Shown here: piece after piece, positions 54,513 to 64,000 of the stretch
Position numbering within the stretch: position 1 is the stretch's first letter
How the letters are laid out: each line of letters opens with the position of its first letter
Virus record (IMG/VR): IMGVR_UViG_3300017527_000515
Span: 51,458-115,457 of that record
Strand: one strand, 5' to 3'
Origin: a virus
Length of the DNA: 64,000 nt
Position numbers and translations under genes: made by a program
The notes under the pieces: generated by a model
What the model saw: the letters and a program-made list of their open reading frames with translations, nothing else
Databases searched by the model: none
What the model was told of the DNA's origin: nothing

Positions 54513-56111
54513 TTATCCGTTTCTGCGGATTTTGTTGCCTGACAAGATATCAGCCAGATCAACTTCACCCTTAACAACATACAAGTCATTAGTTGAACGG
54601 AAACCAAAGGTCTGGGTAGCATTCGAGCCCAGATCCAAGGTGTAAGCTTCATCAGTAATCTTCAAATGCTCAACAACGATGGTCTTCAATGGATACTCTT
54701 GATCATCTTCAATGTACGTACCCATCGTACTATTATACCAATAATCCTGACCAATCAGCTCGTTGTCTGCGCCAAGAATCTTACGGTCAGCACCAGTTCC
54801 ACCACCAGCTTCCTCATCAGTCTGAGCGTAAACTTTCACCACTAGTAGAAGATTGTCCTTACCAAACAAGTCGGCAAGATCGATCTCATCTAGGTCGCCA
54901 GATTCAAACTCGGTCAATTTACCAGCAAAACGAGCCCAATGTTCTAGATCGCCAGCTGTAGTATCCATAGTCACTGTGATAGGAATCGGCAGTGTTAATG
55001 GACGGTCATAAGGACCAAGATGACCTAACTCTGTGAGAGCTTCACGGGTAAGATCAGATGTGATTGTAGCAGATGTGAATCTCCATGCTATAGCGTCTTC
55101 CCATCCAGCAGCGTAAGTCTCATCCGGGTCAATCAGGTAAACTTCTACCTGGCCCTGACGAAGAGCTCCTACTGATTCGGGTCTGTCGTCGGCATCTAGA
55201 ATTTCAAAGTATTTATTGCTGGTAGTTGAATCATAAGCATCGGCAGCATAAATAACCTCGACTCTGTCTCCGGCCACAGGCGCGTTAGCACCAGTCGGAA
55301 AATACAAGGTATCTGTGGCTGAATTATACACGTAGTTTTCAGCGTCAGAAGCAACACCAGCTTCAACTTCCATATTCACCGCTTCGCCGACTGTGTTATT
55401 AAACCAAGTGACACCTGGAGCGCCTGACAATGTTCGCCTTAAGAAACCCATAGTACCATCACTCAAATCAACGATGTTTCCACCGTCTGTTGCGATTGTC
55501 ATCTGTGTTTCAGCAGCAACATCCAAATATTCAAAATTTACGAATCTACCATCATTCAATAACCACATCTTCTGGTCTGTTTCAGCACCATAGTTCTCGG
55601 TCGCGTTAGCACCAGTGGTGTAACTAAACTCTAAACTATTAATATAAACCTCATCCATCCACATGGTCTGGTCGATGTTATCGGCCAGTGTACCTAGTGA
55701 ACACTCGTCCTGGACAGGAGCCCATAGCGAAACACCGGTTAAATTACCACACGTAATAGCGAAGTCGGGTAGACCAACACCGTGGTAGTAATCACCTGTC
55801 TCAGCACCGTACTCATCCACAACGGCCAAGTTTGCACCGCTGGAAGTAGGGGCCATCAGCATGTCTCTCTTCTCGCCTGCTGCGACCTGAGCCAGAATAG
55901 CAAGTGTGCGAACATCTCCAAAATCGTTGGTATTCAGCGTAACCGCCACAGCGGGTACGTCGTCGACCACGTCGACAATGTCCAAATGACCAAGCTCGAA
56001 GATATCCTCGGAGGTGAATGTCGTGGTGCTTCCAAGAGACTGGACCCTATAAAGAACCTCACCGTTGCACCATACACTCTGTGATGCATAGATTATTCTA
56101 TTTCTAGCCAT
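54513..56111 (-). CDS. Major tail tube protein with a tandemly duplicated tube fold (532 aa)
   Basis: Lies between the terminator and chaperone/TMP genes. The two halves match: RVQS..EDIFELGHL..VAVTL vs RFTS..EALTELGHL..ITVTM, and YTTGANATENY vs LDLGSNATQTF. Strong RBS and a downstream hairpin. Confidence 0.8.
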   Translation of the reverse strand: MARNRIIYASQSVWCNGEVLYRVQSLGSTTTFTSEDIFELGHLDIVDVVDDVPAVAVTLNTNDFGDVRTLAILAQVAAGEKRDMLMAPTSSGANLAVVDEYGAETGDYYHGVGLPDFAITCGNLTGVSLWAPVQDECSLGTLADNIDQTMWMDEVYINSLEFSYTTGANATENYGAETDQKMWLLNDGRFVNFEYLDVAAETQMTIATDGGNIVDLSDGTMGFLRRTLSGAPGVTWFNNTVGEAVNMEVEAGVASDAENYVYNSATDTLYFPTGANAPVAGDRVEVIYAADAYDSTTSNKYFEILDADDRPESVGALRQGQVEVYLIDPDETYAAGWEDAIAWRFTSATITSDLTREALTELGHLGPYDRPLTLPIPITVTMDTTAGDLEHWARFAGKLTEFESGDLDEIDLADLFGKDNLLLVVKVYAQTDEEAGGGTGADRKILGADNELIGQDYWYNSTMGTYIEDDQEYPLKTIVVEHLKITDEAYTLDLGSNATQTFGFRSTNDLYVVKGEVDLADILSGNKIRRNG

Positions 56112-56237
56112 AATGTCTCAATCCTCCTATGATATTAATTATCTCGGAAAAATTATCAGGTTGGGTTTAAAAATACAAATCAATCCTACATACCATTACC
56201 GGACTGAGGCGGTCTAATAATAGTAGTCCTTTCCCTC

Positions 56238-57203
56238 CTACATATAAGTGTAGGTAACTAAATCAAATGATACTTTCGACCTGTAGGCATTCAGGTCGCT
56301 TAACATAACTTCATTACGATCTCTAGTCATAACCAGTGGCAAGCTGACATGACGCGAAGTTACATTCATAAATTCCATATTTCCAATAATATGTGATGCA
56401 TGCTCTCTATTGAATAGAGAGGTTAGTTTATTATCGTTTTCCTTACGGCCATACCATGTTCCGTCGTAATCTAACATAGTTCCTAATGGAAAATTATATA
56501 GTGGTGCGCTTTTGTTGAATAGAGAATCTACTAGCTCCTCAACTATGTCGTTTCTCTCAGCTGGGTTGGTTGCAAAGACATGTAAATCCACCTTACGTGT
56601 CTGTTTTTTACCGCCACCTAGCTGATAACCAGCCTTATCTGTACCATGCATATCTATAACTATAACTGGGGGATCGGCTGCCTCAACAGCTGCCCATTCG
56701 TCCACCAGACTAACATAGTTCCAGTGGTAGTCTATATAATAAGGTATCACAGTACCGTCGGTGATAATACGACCGTCTAAATAATCTATCATATATTCAT
56801 CTTCTGGTATAATCATGCCATCAGAATCGTATACATTAATCCTGTCAGACTGTTCTGGTATACCCAGAATCTCATTACCTTCCATATCTGTACCAGACAC
56901 AACCACATATGGAGCACACTGGCCTGTACCTGACATTACAGTTCCAGAGTCTAAATACACCCATCCACGGCCTCGTTCTGTTGGACTGGGAGCAAACCCG
57001 TCTGTGTCCTCACACCACTCTGTAAGAGCTTCAAACACCATGAAATCTGTTTCACAGAATTCCTCCGTGTCCAGCTTCTGTAATGGTGCCAGTTGCTCAA
57101 ACTCGATAAATTCAAACAGTCCTACATGCTTGAGGTGATAATATAGGCTCAAGTCTTCCTTACGTAAGCTTCTCATTTCACTGCCATGGAAAGTATAACC
57201 CAT
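56238..57203 (-). CDS. Putative tail terminator / tail completion protein
   Basis: Start revised to ATG 57203 (TAATG coupling, AAGGAG RBS). PPVIVID..GYQLGGG...KVDLHVFATNPAERNDIVEEL is a terminator-like pattern; directly upstream of the tube gene. Confidence 0.6.
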   Translation of the reverse strand: MGYTFHGSEMRSLRKEDLSLYYHLKHVGLFEFIEFEQLAPLQKLDTEEFCETDFMVFEALTEWCEDTDGFAPSPTERGRGWVYLDSGTVMSGTGQCAPYVVVSGTDMEGNEILGIPEQSDRINVYDSDGMIIPEDEYMIDYLDGRIITDGTVIPYYIDYHWNYVSLVDEWAAVEAADPPVIVIDMHGTDKAGYQLGGGKKQTRKVDLHVFATNPAERNDIVEELVDSLFNKSAPLYNFPLGTMLDYDGTWYGRKENDNKLTSLFNREHASHIIGNMEFMNVTSRHVSLPLVMTRDRNEVMLSDLNAYRSKVSFDLVTYTYM

Positions 57204-57841
57204 TATCTCGCTATCTCCTTCTGTGATTCCTTGATTGCTTCGGATATCCAATCATTCATATTCTCTTCCACATAGTCATCAGCCGGGCTGAATATGTCAA
57301 CAGGAGGTGTGTTAGAAAAAGGATACTTAACTACATCCTGTTTGGGATAAACCTCACGCCATCTACGTCTTAAACCACCTGTCAATCTCAACAGGTAAAT
57401 TCTTTTTTTAATAGGTACAGCTCTATCAAATGGTTGTATATTAGGACGTTTGTCATACATGGCGATGTATTGTTCCTCATCTATCTCCACAAACGTACCT
57501 ATTGTTCCCTCTAGTATGTTTTCTACTATTCTAAGACTGCCCTGATTCCAGTTGAACGTGTCAAGTGCGGGGGTCATTAGTTTAGTCTCTTTCCTACCTT
57601 CCACTATCCATTCGAATCCTAATAGAGCCTCTTCGAATTCATCCCTGTAATATATAGGGTTCGTTCTAGACCTTCTATCTGTAACACGGCCAGTTAATTC
57701 TATATCGTAAGTAGATAGTATAATATCCTGTATGTTAGGTATATAATAGTTCTCTAGGTTCTCTATCAGTCTTTCTTGTACCAGCCTATCGAATTGTATT
57801 ACCTTCTTTTTTACGGCCACTCTGGATAATTCAGTTGCCAT
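57203..57841 (-). CDS. Putative neck/tail completion protein
   Basis: 212 aa; coupled on both sides; position in the head-tail joining block. Confidence 0.5.
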   Translation of the reverse strand: MATELSRVAVKKKVIQFDRLVQERLIENLENYYIPNIQDIILSTYDIELTGRVTDRRSRTNPIYYRDEFEEALLGFEWIVEGRKETKLMTPALDTFNWNQGSLRIVENILEGTIGTFVEIDEEQYIAMYDKRPNIQPFDRAVPIKKRIYLLRLTGGLRRRWREVYPKQDVVKYPFSNTPPVDIFSPADDYVEENMNDWISEAIKESQKEIAR

Positions 57842-58446
57842 TATTGATAATCCTTAATGATCTCACCACTGTCTATACTAGGCTTCTCTGTGGTGAAAGC
57901 TGTAATAATTAGAACAGCCTGAGTGCCCAATCCTCTTAGGACTGGTGGTTTAGAGATCTTACACTCTACCCCATCTACCACTATTCTGGAGCTGTTCTTA
58001 AATAGGTCATAATATTTAGGATCGGCTTTAAGCTGGACCAATGTGCTGCCTTCTGTACCCGCGGCCGTAAACGTGATAGAGTTTCTGGAACCTCGTGCTC
58101 CTGGGTCCCAAGTTACAACACAGTCTGCCCATACCTTCCTCTTGATGGTCAAATAACCTTGGCCTCTACATACCGGGCACCTGCCGAATTTAAAGTACCT
58201 GTAATTTATACCGGTGCCTCCGTTGTCTTCATACTCGCCCTGCTTTAAGATAGCCTCGGTAGGAGTCCACTTACATTTCCCTGTAGAATTATCGGTGAAC
58301 TTGTCATAGTAACAATTAGGACACTCGAGCTTCTTAGGCTGCTTATAAACCTCAACCTTGCGGCTCAGTCCCTTAATGACGTTCCGAATGGCTTTCTTGT
58401 GTTTTTCTTTAACACGCTTGCTTATGCGAGTTCTGTGTATTGGCAT
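57841..58446 (-). CDS. Putative head-closure (stopper) protein with a CxxC...CxxC insert
   Basis: CPNC and CPVCRGQGY, followed by a beta-barrel-like RIVVDGVECKI..P..RGLG segment. Confidence 0.55.
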   Translation of the reverse strand: MPIHRTRISKRVKEKHKKAIRNVIKGLSRKVEVYKQPKKLECPNCYYDKFTDNSTGKCKWTPTEAILKQGEYEDNGGTGINYRYFKFGRCPVCRGQGYLTIKRKVWADCVVTWDPGARGSRNSITFTAAGTEGSTLVQLKADPKYYDLFKNSSRIVVDGVECKISKPPVLRGLGTQAVLIITAFTTEKPSIDSGEIIKDYQ

Positions 58447-58462
58447 ATTGGATTATCCTCTA

Positions 58463-59437
58463 TTATTCTACCCTAACTCCCTCAATACCTCTCAGTATTA
58501 AAGACTGAACTAAATCATCTAGCTGCTTGTTTAAATCATCCAATAAGTCATCTCTAAAATTAAATCCTGGCGATGGGTCGTAGATGGACCCTTCATCTTT
58601 TATAAGAGCGCCGTCTTCGATAGCATCATGCCAATTCTCTTGCTGCAATAGCCTCTTAGCAGTATATAATACATACGCTTGCTGTGTTGCATTAGTTACT
58701 GTTAGTGGTGGTGGCGGTGGACAGTCGTTAAAAGCTTCCAGGATCTGTCTATCAGAATGTCTGAAAGTGTAGTACCATATATCCACTCCTCTAGTATTAT
58801 CACATGTACCAGAACATACCACCTCTGTTACGTTAATGCAATCCTCAAACATTAAGTATCTGTATCCATTTATTGTTGGATTAGCCGTGGTGTTGAATTG
58901 TACTCCTCCCATAGTTACACAGGTAGGCCATCCCTTCTCGTCCAGCTCGTATGTCATACCATCAGGGTGAATAGAAGAGGCAGCTTCTTCACCGTATTCT
59001 CTGTTTAGATCTATGGGGTCACCGATTAACCTACGTATCTCATCTACCACTAGTTTTTCTTCATCTGTCATACTCATCTCTGGTGGGTAGCATGGATCAT
59101 AAAATAGATCTGCTCCTTCGCCGCGGACGGCATCACTCCACCCGCTGACTACTCCAGATGTTGTAGATAGATAATATCTAGATTGATACCAGTTGTCTGA
59201 TGTACCAGGATCATACGCTGTATATCCCGGCCTACTTTCACCGTTGTCTACCGCATAATAATAGGTAGTAGGTGTTGCCAAAGTTATATATGACAGATTA
59301 GAATTCACTATACCTAGATCAGTAAGAGCTATAGGAGTAGTCATTAATTCATCCTCTGCTCTCCTAATCTCTACTCTGTCATAGACTTGTATAACTTGAC
59401 TAATGTTGTCTACTATGACTGTTAATCGTATTGCCAT
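58463..59437 (-). CDS. Putative head-tail adaptor
   Basis: VDEIRRLIGD...FRHSDRQILEAFN...PPP.T pattern and a helical C-terminus; first gene of the neck block. Confidence 0.55.
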   Translation of the reverse strand: MAIRLTVIVDNISQVIQVYDRVEIRRAEDELMTTPIALTDLGIVNSNLSYITLATPTTYYYAVDNGESRPGYTAYDPGTSDNWYQSRYYLSTTSGVVSGWSDAVRGEGADLFYDPCYPPEMSMTDEEKLVVDEIRRLIGDPIDLNREYGEEAASSIHPDGMTYELDEKGWPTCVTMGGVQFNTTANPTINGYRYLMFEDCINVTEVVCSGTCDNTRGVDIWYYTFRHSDRQILEAFNDCPPPPPLTVTNATQQAYVLYTAKRLLQQENWHDAIEDGALIKDEGSIYDPSPGFNFRDDLLDDLNKQLDDLVQSLILRGIEGVRVE

Positions 59438-59449
59438 TGTCTATGCCCC

Positions 59450-61639
59450 TTAAGTTAAATTTCCTGGTGGCGGAAAGGCGCTCATTTGAGGCCTAAAGTC
59501 CACCGCTCCAGCTTTCATTGATGGTGTGTTAGTAAGATCGGCTTCCATTTCAGGCTTGCCGACATCCACTACGCCCTCTCTAATGGTGGCGCCTATTACG
59601 AACTCTACGTTATCTAAATAGAATCCATTACTTCCTGTGGATTCCATTGTTAATTTTTTTAGATTAATTGGTGCTGTTAAGCCAAAATCTTCTAGAGGTA
59701 TTAGAACTCTCTGCCATTGATTTAAGTTTATTGTTTCTAAGTATGCAGATAATAATAATGAGTTGCCGTCCTCAAAGTATAGCTGTGTGTCTGCAGTCCA
59801 TTGTTTTAAATTTATATACATACTAAGTAGATCATAATCATCTACGTTGTTGTCGTGTGTATCTTGAAAGCGTATCTTTTTATTATTAGTAAATCCAGTA
59901 GCATCTAAACCATTTGTGCCTTCATATTTAGCGTAGGCTGCTTCAACTCCATGACCTGTGTGGGCCCAATCTCCGCCAGAGTCATGTTCACCAGTACCGT
60001 TCCAGATAACAAGGGAACACTCTTCGCCACATACGGTATCCACATAGATAACTTCATAATCAGTGGTATCACCGTTGCCATGGACAAAGCCTGTAATTTT
60101 AAAATAATTCTGTTCAGAGAAAGCAATAGTCTTTTCTTTCTGATCCATATCTGTGGGGCTTTCCCATATAAGCTCGTACGGGCCAGCTATTCCAGAAGTG
60201 GTGCTTCTCTCTATTTCCCAATGGTACGCGCTCACAGAGCCGTCAAGTGAGGTGCCGAACACTGTTAGTTCGTAATAACAATCATTCTTAACTACCACTA
60301 CGGTAGTTTCTATAGCTAAATTCTTTAATTCACAAGCAGTATGGTCAACCCATCCATCATTCCAATATGCACAGAGTTCTACAGTTACGTCATCAGATAC
60401 TGGTGTATTGCTGTATATGTAAGTTTTAGGAACGTCATTTACGTTGTCTATATTACCTTCATCATTCCATTCCCAATCGTACTCTTCACCCGCTCCTGCT
60501 GTACCTACTCTGCTATCGTTGGATGTTAGGTTATTAAATATTACTCCGCTTGTTACCGCCACCGGATCTGGTACTTGGTCGAAATCTACAGTAGGACCGC
60601 CGAAATATAACTGATAAAAATTCTCGTTATAATATACAGTCTGGTCATCAAAACCGTCGTTCCAATGTACCGCTATGGACACATTATGTGTTCCAGGATC
60701 GGTGAAGGCACCAGGCGACGCCGTATGGCCATACCAAGAAGTACCTTCACCGTTGGTGTGGGGAACTATATCTGAAACAGCATGACCGGCACTAACGGTG
60801 TTTGTGTCGTCCGCTATAGTCCAGTCTATACTGGTTATTCTGCTGTACGGATTACTACCATTGTAATCGAATGTTACCACTGTATCTGGTGTCTCTACCT
60901 GGTTGCTGCCATTGTCCTGATTACAATCTATATCTGGACTAGGTGCCGGATACTTAATTCTTATATCCTCAGTACCAGTTACCGTACCACCACAGTGATC
61001 TTCTATTACTATCTGTACTGTATAGTCTCCTGCTGCACTCCAACTGTGAGATCCTCCCGCTGCTCCAGGGAGGTTATTATCTTCATTTCCATCATCCCAA
61101 TCATAATGTGTGAATCTAACATAGTTAACATAGTATATAGGCTCACTATCATCGTATAGATACATGTGTTCCATGGTAGTACCTGACCAGTCCCATGTAT
61201 GTATATCATTACTATTGTTAGATGATGAATATGTAACACCGGCCACTCCATCTGTGGGGAATGACCAAATCAAACTAGGTAATAGATTTTTCTTTACCTG
61301 AGTGGGATTTGTATAAGTACTAGCTCCTGTTAATGGTATCTCAACTGCTCCCCACTCACCTAATACTGAGCAGTCAGTTCCCATTCTATCTCCACCTACC
61401 CAAAATACTACTACAACCACATCTCCCGCGGCCACAGTACCGTCCTGTCCAACCCAATCACCGTCTCCTAGATTAATATTCCAGTAGCCGGAAGCCTCCA
61501 CTGTTCTAACTGCATTCCATGTAGAAGGAGAAGACCCGGCACCCACCTTACAGAAATAGCCCTGATACTGCACATTTGAGCTACTCAAAGTACCATCATC
61601 TAGAGAACAGAAACCATCAAATGTTATATTAAGTGCCAT
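59450..61639 (-). CDS. Virion protein with PKD/Ig-like repeats and a C-terminal CBM-like domain (729 aa)
   Basis: YDWDDG..SHSWSAAGDYTVQIVIED and FTDPGTHNVSIAV are PKD-like; NQWQRVLIPLEDFG...FYLDNVEF is CBM-like. Confidence 0.65.
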   Translation of the reverse strand: MALNITFDGFCSLDDGTLSSSNVQYQGYFCKVGAGSSPSTWNAVRTVEASGYWNINLGDGDWVGQDGTVAAGDVVVVVFWVGGDRMGTDCSVLGEWGAVEIPLTGASTYTNPTQVKKNLLPSLIWSFPTDGVAGVTYSSSNNSNDIHTWDWSGTTMEHMYLYDDSEPIYYVNYVRFTHYDWDDGNEDNNLPGAAGGSHSWSAAGDYTVQIVIEDHCGGTVTGTEDIRIKYPAPSPDIDCNQDNGSNQVETPDTVVTFDYNGSNPYSRITSIDWTIADDTNTVSAGHAVSDIVPHTNGEGTSWYGHTASPGAFTDPGTHNVSIAVHWNDGFDDQTVYYNENFYQLYFGGPTVDFDQVPDPVAVTSGVIFNNLTSNDSRVGTAGAGEEYDWEWNDEGNIDNVNDVPKTYIYSNTPVSDDVTVELCAYWNDGWVDHTACELKNLAIETTVVVVKNDCYYELTVFGTSLDGSVSAYHWEIERSTTSGIAGPYELIWESPTDMDQKEKTIAFSEQNYFKITGFVHGNGDTTDYEVIYVDTVCGEECSLVIWNGTGEHDSGGDWAHTGHGVEAAYAKYEGTNGLDATGFTNNKKIRFQDTHDNNVDDYDLLSMYINLKQWTADTQLYFEDGNSLLLSAYLETINLNQWQRVLIPLEDFGLTAPINLKKLTMESTGSNGFYLDNVEFVIGATIREGVVDVGKPEMEADLTNTPSMKAGAVDFRPQMSAFPPPGNLT

Positions 61640-61642
61640 CTA

Positions 61643-62101
61643 TTATTGTTCTCCCCAGGTAATTAAATAAGGCGCGTTAGGTCCTATTATTTTAATCCAA
61701 AAACCTGAAATCTCCTGGTGTATACCATCAGAATAAACCAATTGGAAATTATGAGGGCTGCTGGTAGGTGTTGACCCTGCAACATAACTCCAGAAAAATT
61801 GGTTATCACCTAGATAGGTGTTTGCTACTTCTACTATAGTTTCTACGCCTGATACTGTCGCGTAGAGATCATCAATTTGTTCAAGTACGTAGTTTTCAAA
61901 CTTAGATACAGTTACATCATCATGAACATGCTCGTGTGCTGTGCTATCCCAATATCCGTACATAATAGGTACAGCTATTAACTGCCAGCCATATTCTAAT
62001 TGTATAGATCCAGAACCACCCACACCACTGATGGTAGTTCCCTCACCACAACAAGTGAGATCATAACCGGCCCAGGCTATGTAGTTCATGTTCATTGGCA
62101 T
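61643..62101 (-). CDS. Hypothetical virion protein
   Basis: 152 aa; IQLEYGWQLIAVP...GFWIK motif; operon context. Confidence 0.6.
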   Translation of the reverse strand: MPMNMNYIAWAGYDLTCCGEGTTISGVGGSGSIQLEYGWQLIAVPIMYGYWDSTAHEHVHDDVTVSKFENYVLEQIDDLYATVSGVETIVEVANTYLGDNQFFWSYVAGSTPTSSPHNFQLVYSDGIHQEISGFWIKIIGPNAPYLITWGEQ

Positions 62102-62632
62102 TTAGCTAGGATCTCCCATCTTATACGGAGCACAATCGGCTTCGTCTCTGTACCAAGCGTAAACAACACCAGAGGTAGTCGTACCTGACCACGTAGTGTC
62201 GCTGTCGTATTTAATTTTAGTAATTGTGTAATCTGATTGACCCAAACCAACCTTCCTAATTGTTTGACTTGAGGTAGCGATAGCGTTTTCTCTGAGGACG
62301 TCTTCAACTGAAATATTATAATGCCTGTTTTGTTTCTCGAGGTCGTATATACTTTCTGGGTTGACGATAACCTCTTCAGTATTGGTGATAAATCCAGAGC
62401 AGGTGGCGTAGATAATATACTCCCCTGCCGTAGGAATGTTTTCCTCGGATCTATATATTCCGGGCTCTACTATTGACTCCGTCAGAGTCCCATCAATTGG
62501 AGGACTAAGCGGAAAGTCATTCATTTGTCTGATATCGTAATATACCGTCTGACCGCCTGCCAACTGCCCGGTGTTCTCATCTATAAGCGAGACCAAGATC
62601 GGAAATATTTCGTTTTTGTCAACCCTTATCAT
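62102..62632 (-). CDS. Hypothetical virion protein (Ig-like)
   Basis: 176 aa; LTES..EPGIY......AGEYIIYA; GAGG RBS. Confidence 0.6.
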   Translation of the reverse strand: MIRVDKNEIFPILVSLIDENTGQLAGGQTVYYDIRQMNDFPLSPPIDGTLTESIVEPGIYRSEENIPTAGEYIIYATCSGFITNTEEVIVNPESIYDLEKQNRHYNISVEDVLRENAIATSSQTIRKVGLGQSDYTITKIKYDSDTTWSGTTTSGVVYAWYRDEADCAPYKMGDPS

Positions 62633-62659
62633 AAAGACTTTTCCTCGCTATCCTATTTT

Positions 62660-64000
62660 TTATCCCACCACAGTCTGTTTGGTTACCCAATCAGCACCGT
62701 TGAATTTTTGATGTATAAAATCTTCTCCAGAAATTCCCATTCTCCAGGAGCCACTTGTTGTAGCGTCTCCAAAGTACATAAAACTATCTGATGGCATTTC
62801 TACTCTATCAGATCCAAGTGTAAGTCTGTTCGTGTTATCTGTTGAGAAACCAAGTTGGCTAGAGCCTGCTAGATACATACCCGTATCGGCATCGTTCTTG
62901 AATGAGTACGAAGGGACATTTGCATTACCATACATTCCTTGGAGCTGTAATGGAAATTCTACATGTGATATTTGAGTCCCATTACCTAAACGAACACCCT
63001 TCATTATTGTTCCGCCGCCTTTGTCAGCATCCCCAACAGATCTAATTTCGCAATAGCCGCTTGCGCCATAAAAAGCCCATCTCCCCTCGTCTGGGTCCTC
63101 ACCTGTTTTACCTATAATAACGGCGGGAGCAGTTCCTGAAGCAACAATATCAAACCCATTTGAATCAAGATCACCGCCAAGCTGAGGTGATGTGTCCTCA
63201 ACTATAGCACTAATACCTCCACTTCCTATTCCTGTTAGATTAGAACCATCACCATAGTATGTTACTGCGGTGACCTCATTAGTTACATTTATGCCTGATG
63301 TAGCTGTGGTTTCTAATACTTTATCACCAGCATAATAAAGTTCGGCTGCTCCGTCTGGATCTCCTTTTAGAATAGTAGTGGATACAGAAGCAGCACTATC
63401 ACTTTTTAATTCCCAAGTACCACCGTCTGATGTATTTTGAAGTACAGCATTTCCAGAATCTAAGTCAAAACTAACCCAGTCAGTAGCAGTATTAAAATAA
63501 AACCTATATGATTCGGCATCTCTATCAAAATAAGCTATAGAAGCAGCACCAGTTCCTCTTAGTTGAATAGAGTCTGAGTGAGTATTTGTTATTTGAAAGA
63601 CATCTCCTCCAAATCCAAAATGAGTTACATATCCGGCAGAGCTATGAAGGTGAAACCCTCCAGTAGAAGTTTCAAAAGACTTGCTTCCGTTATGATATAT
63701 CTGAACTGCTCCATCTGGAACAAGTAATATACCATGTTCTTCGCCGCCAGTGCTATTTCTTACTTTAATATGAAGTTGTTTAGAATTTTCGGTTGATATT
63801 ATTTCATTATATATTGGACCACAAAAGAAATCTATTCCTTCTCCAGAATCGCTATATATAGTTGCACCATCAGCAGTTGTTTCAAATGCTTTTGTACCGG
63901 AATAATAAAGTTCATATGCTCCGTCTGGATCAGCACTAAATAACATATTATAAGCAGTGTTGCCTGCATTTCTAGCTTGTATTCTAAATGGTGCGCCATA
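62660..64000 (-). CDS. Tail fibre protein, partial (start lies beyond the right edge)
   Basis: The frame stays open from 63946 to 64000 (YGAPFRIQARNAGNTAYNML). Repeats DGAYELYYSGTKAFETT, DGAVQIYHNGSKSFETS and DGAAELYYAGDKVLETT, plus IVEDTSPQLGGDLD and PSYSFKNDADTGMY, are typical of phage fibres. Confidence 0.75.
   Translation of the reverse strand, partial: YGAPFRIQARNAGNTAYNMLFSADPDGAYELYYSGTKAFETTADGATIYSDSGEGIDFFCGPIYNEIISTENSKQLHIKVRNSTGGEEHGILLVPDGAVQIYHNGSKSFETSTGGFHLHSSAGYVTHFGFGGDVFQITNTHSDSIQLRGTGAASIAYFDRDAESYRFYFNTATDWVSFDLDSGNAVLQNTSDGGTWELKSDSAASVSTTILKGDPDGAAELYYAGDKVLETTATSGINVTNEVTAVTYYGDGSNLTGIGSGGISAIVEDTSPQLGGDLDSNGFDIVASGTAPAVIIGKTGEDPDEGRWAFYGASGYCEIRSVGDADKGGGTIMKGVRLGNGTQISHVEFPLQLQGMYGNANVPSYSFKNDADTGMYLAGSSQLGFSTDNTNRLTLGSDRVEMPSDSFMYFGDATTSGSWRMGISGEDFIHQKFNGADWVTKQTVVG

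Noticed and set aside
54449-54652. 67-aa and similar short alternative-frame minus-strand ORFs (54097..54300, 22049..22330, 7944..8204, 59905..60126, 61009..61251, 62092..62307)
   Set aside because: They overlap well-supported genes in another frame and have no coding signal of their own.
57204-57251. Track start for the terminator gene at 57251, and likewise 14129 and 9587 for two other genes
   Set aside because: Better starts with an RBS or translational coupling exist at 57203, 14093 and 9569.
1-64000. tRNA, rRNA, integrase or transposase genes
   Set aside because: None were recognised. Intergenic gaps are nearly all too short, and no such protein motifs were seen; a covariance-model scan was not run.

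Overview
This window is a 64-kb piece of a large (jumbo-type) tailed-phage genome, about 40% GC by eye. It is almost fully coding on the minus strand, with strong GGAGG Shine-Dalgarno sites and frequent TAATG/ATGA coupling. In transcription order (right to left) it is a virion morphogenesis operon: tail fibre (partial), Ig/PKD-like virion proteins, head-tail adaptor, neck and terminator, major tail tube with an internally duplicated fold and no adjacent sheath, two paralogous tail-assembly chaperones, a giant 8081-aa tape-measure polyprotein, hub-, spike- and tube-like tail-tip genes, and a long run of paralogous Ig-rich and Cys-rich virion proteins. The main result is the 8081-aa protein (28078..52323). 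N-terminal to a recognisable TP901-type tape-measure core it carries, in canonical order, the catalytic motifs of both the beta (MEDQILVS, GRKFTSRYGSKGV, IDVRISSVGIGKRG) and beta' (GKEG..SRK, RYP, DFDGD) subunits of two-barrel RNA polymerases, followed by a PD-(D/E)XK nuclease. C-terminal to the core is an array of xxxGG-delimited cassettes that includes a pre-toxin-TG-like segment and a zincin-like module. This points to a tail-delivered virion RNA polymerase and effector polyprotein. A TMP-fused RNAP has precedent in Thermus phage P23-45 gp96, but I do not recognise this larger architecture. Secondary results are a degenerate ComD/ComE-like (phosphonopyruvate/sulfopyruvate decarboxylase) gene pair among structural genes, strong Ser-Gly enrichment in virion proteins, and several paralog pairs. 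All assignments come from reading motifs by eye; no database searches were run.
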